Shown piece after piece: positions 63,816 to 64,000 of a stretch of DNA of 64,000 bases. The stretch's first letter is position 1; the number at the start of each line of letters is the position of its first letter. The stretch comes from Stegostoma tigrinum (lineage: Eukaryota), in NCBI RefSeq assembly GCF_030684315.1, contig NC_081382.1, positions 9,611,267-9,675,266 on the forward strand. Direction: 5' to 3'. The translations under genes were made by a program, and so were the position numbers. The notes beneath the pieces were generated by a model. The model saw only the letters and a program-made list of their open reading frames with translations, ran no database searches and was not told the origin of the DNA.

Positions 63816-64000
63816 CCAGGGCAAATGTCAAGGGCAGCCCCACGTTCATGATACTTGTCCTGATGTACAACAACTTTCGAACATGGCGCCAATGCCATAA
63901 ATACCAGTCCATTCTAGGATCTCCGGTGAGTGACAGGTGGTTCCAGGAAACACAAAGACAGAATTCAGCCATGATTTTGTTGAATGGTGACGCGTGCTGA

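Overview
Eukaryotic, repeat-saturated intronic or intergenic DNA. HE1-type V-SINEs, Deu-domain SINEs and the CR1 families point to a cartilaginous fish (shark); this is an inference from repeat content. No host protein-coding gene could be identified with confidence. Every recognisable long ORF comes from a transposon: CR1 LINEs (two young copies at 30.9-32.1 kb and 35.8-38.2 kb, and an ORF1+ORF2 copy at 22.3-26.0 kb), Penelope-like elements (PLEs; RT plus GIY-YIG) of at least four families, a decayed Gypsy LTR element, PIF/Harbinger transposase and Myb/SANT remnants, and L2 fragments. The most interesting signal is RNA-structural. The PLE termini carry minimal type I hammerhead ribozyme motifs whose stems differ between families but still pair. 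The window holds about eight short PLE-terminus insertions that are hairpins, most flanked by 9-15 bp target-site duplications, and two of the short insertions end within 1-2 nt of the predicted ribozyme cleavage site. Coordinates of old, degraded repeats are approximate.
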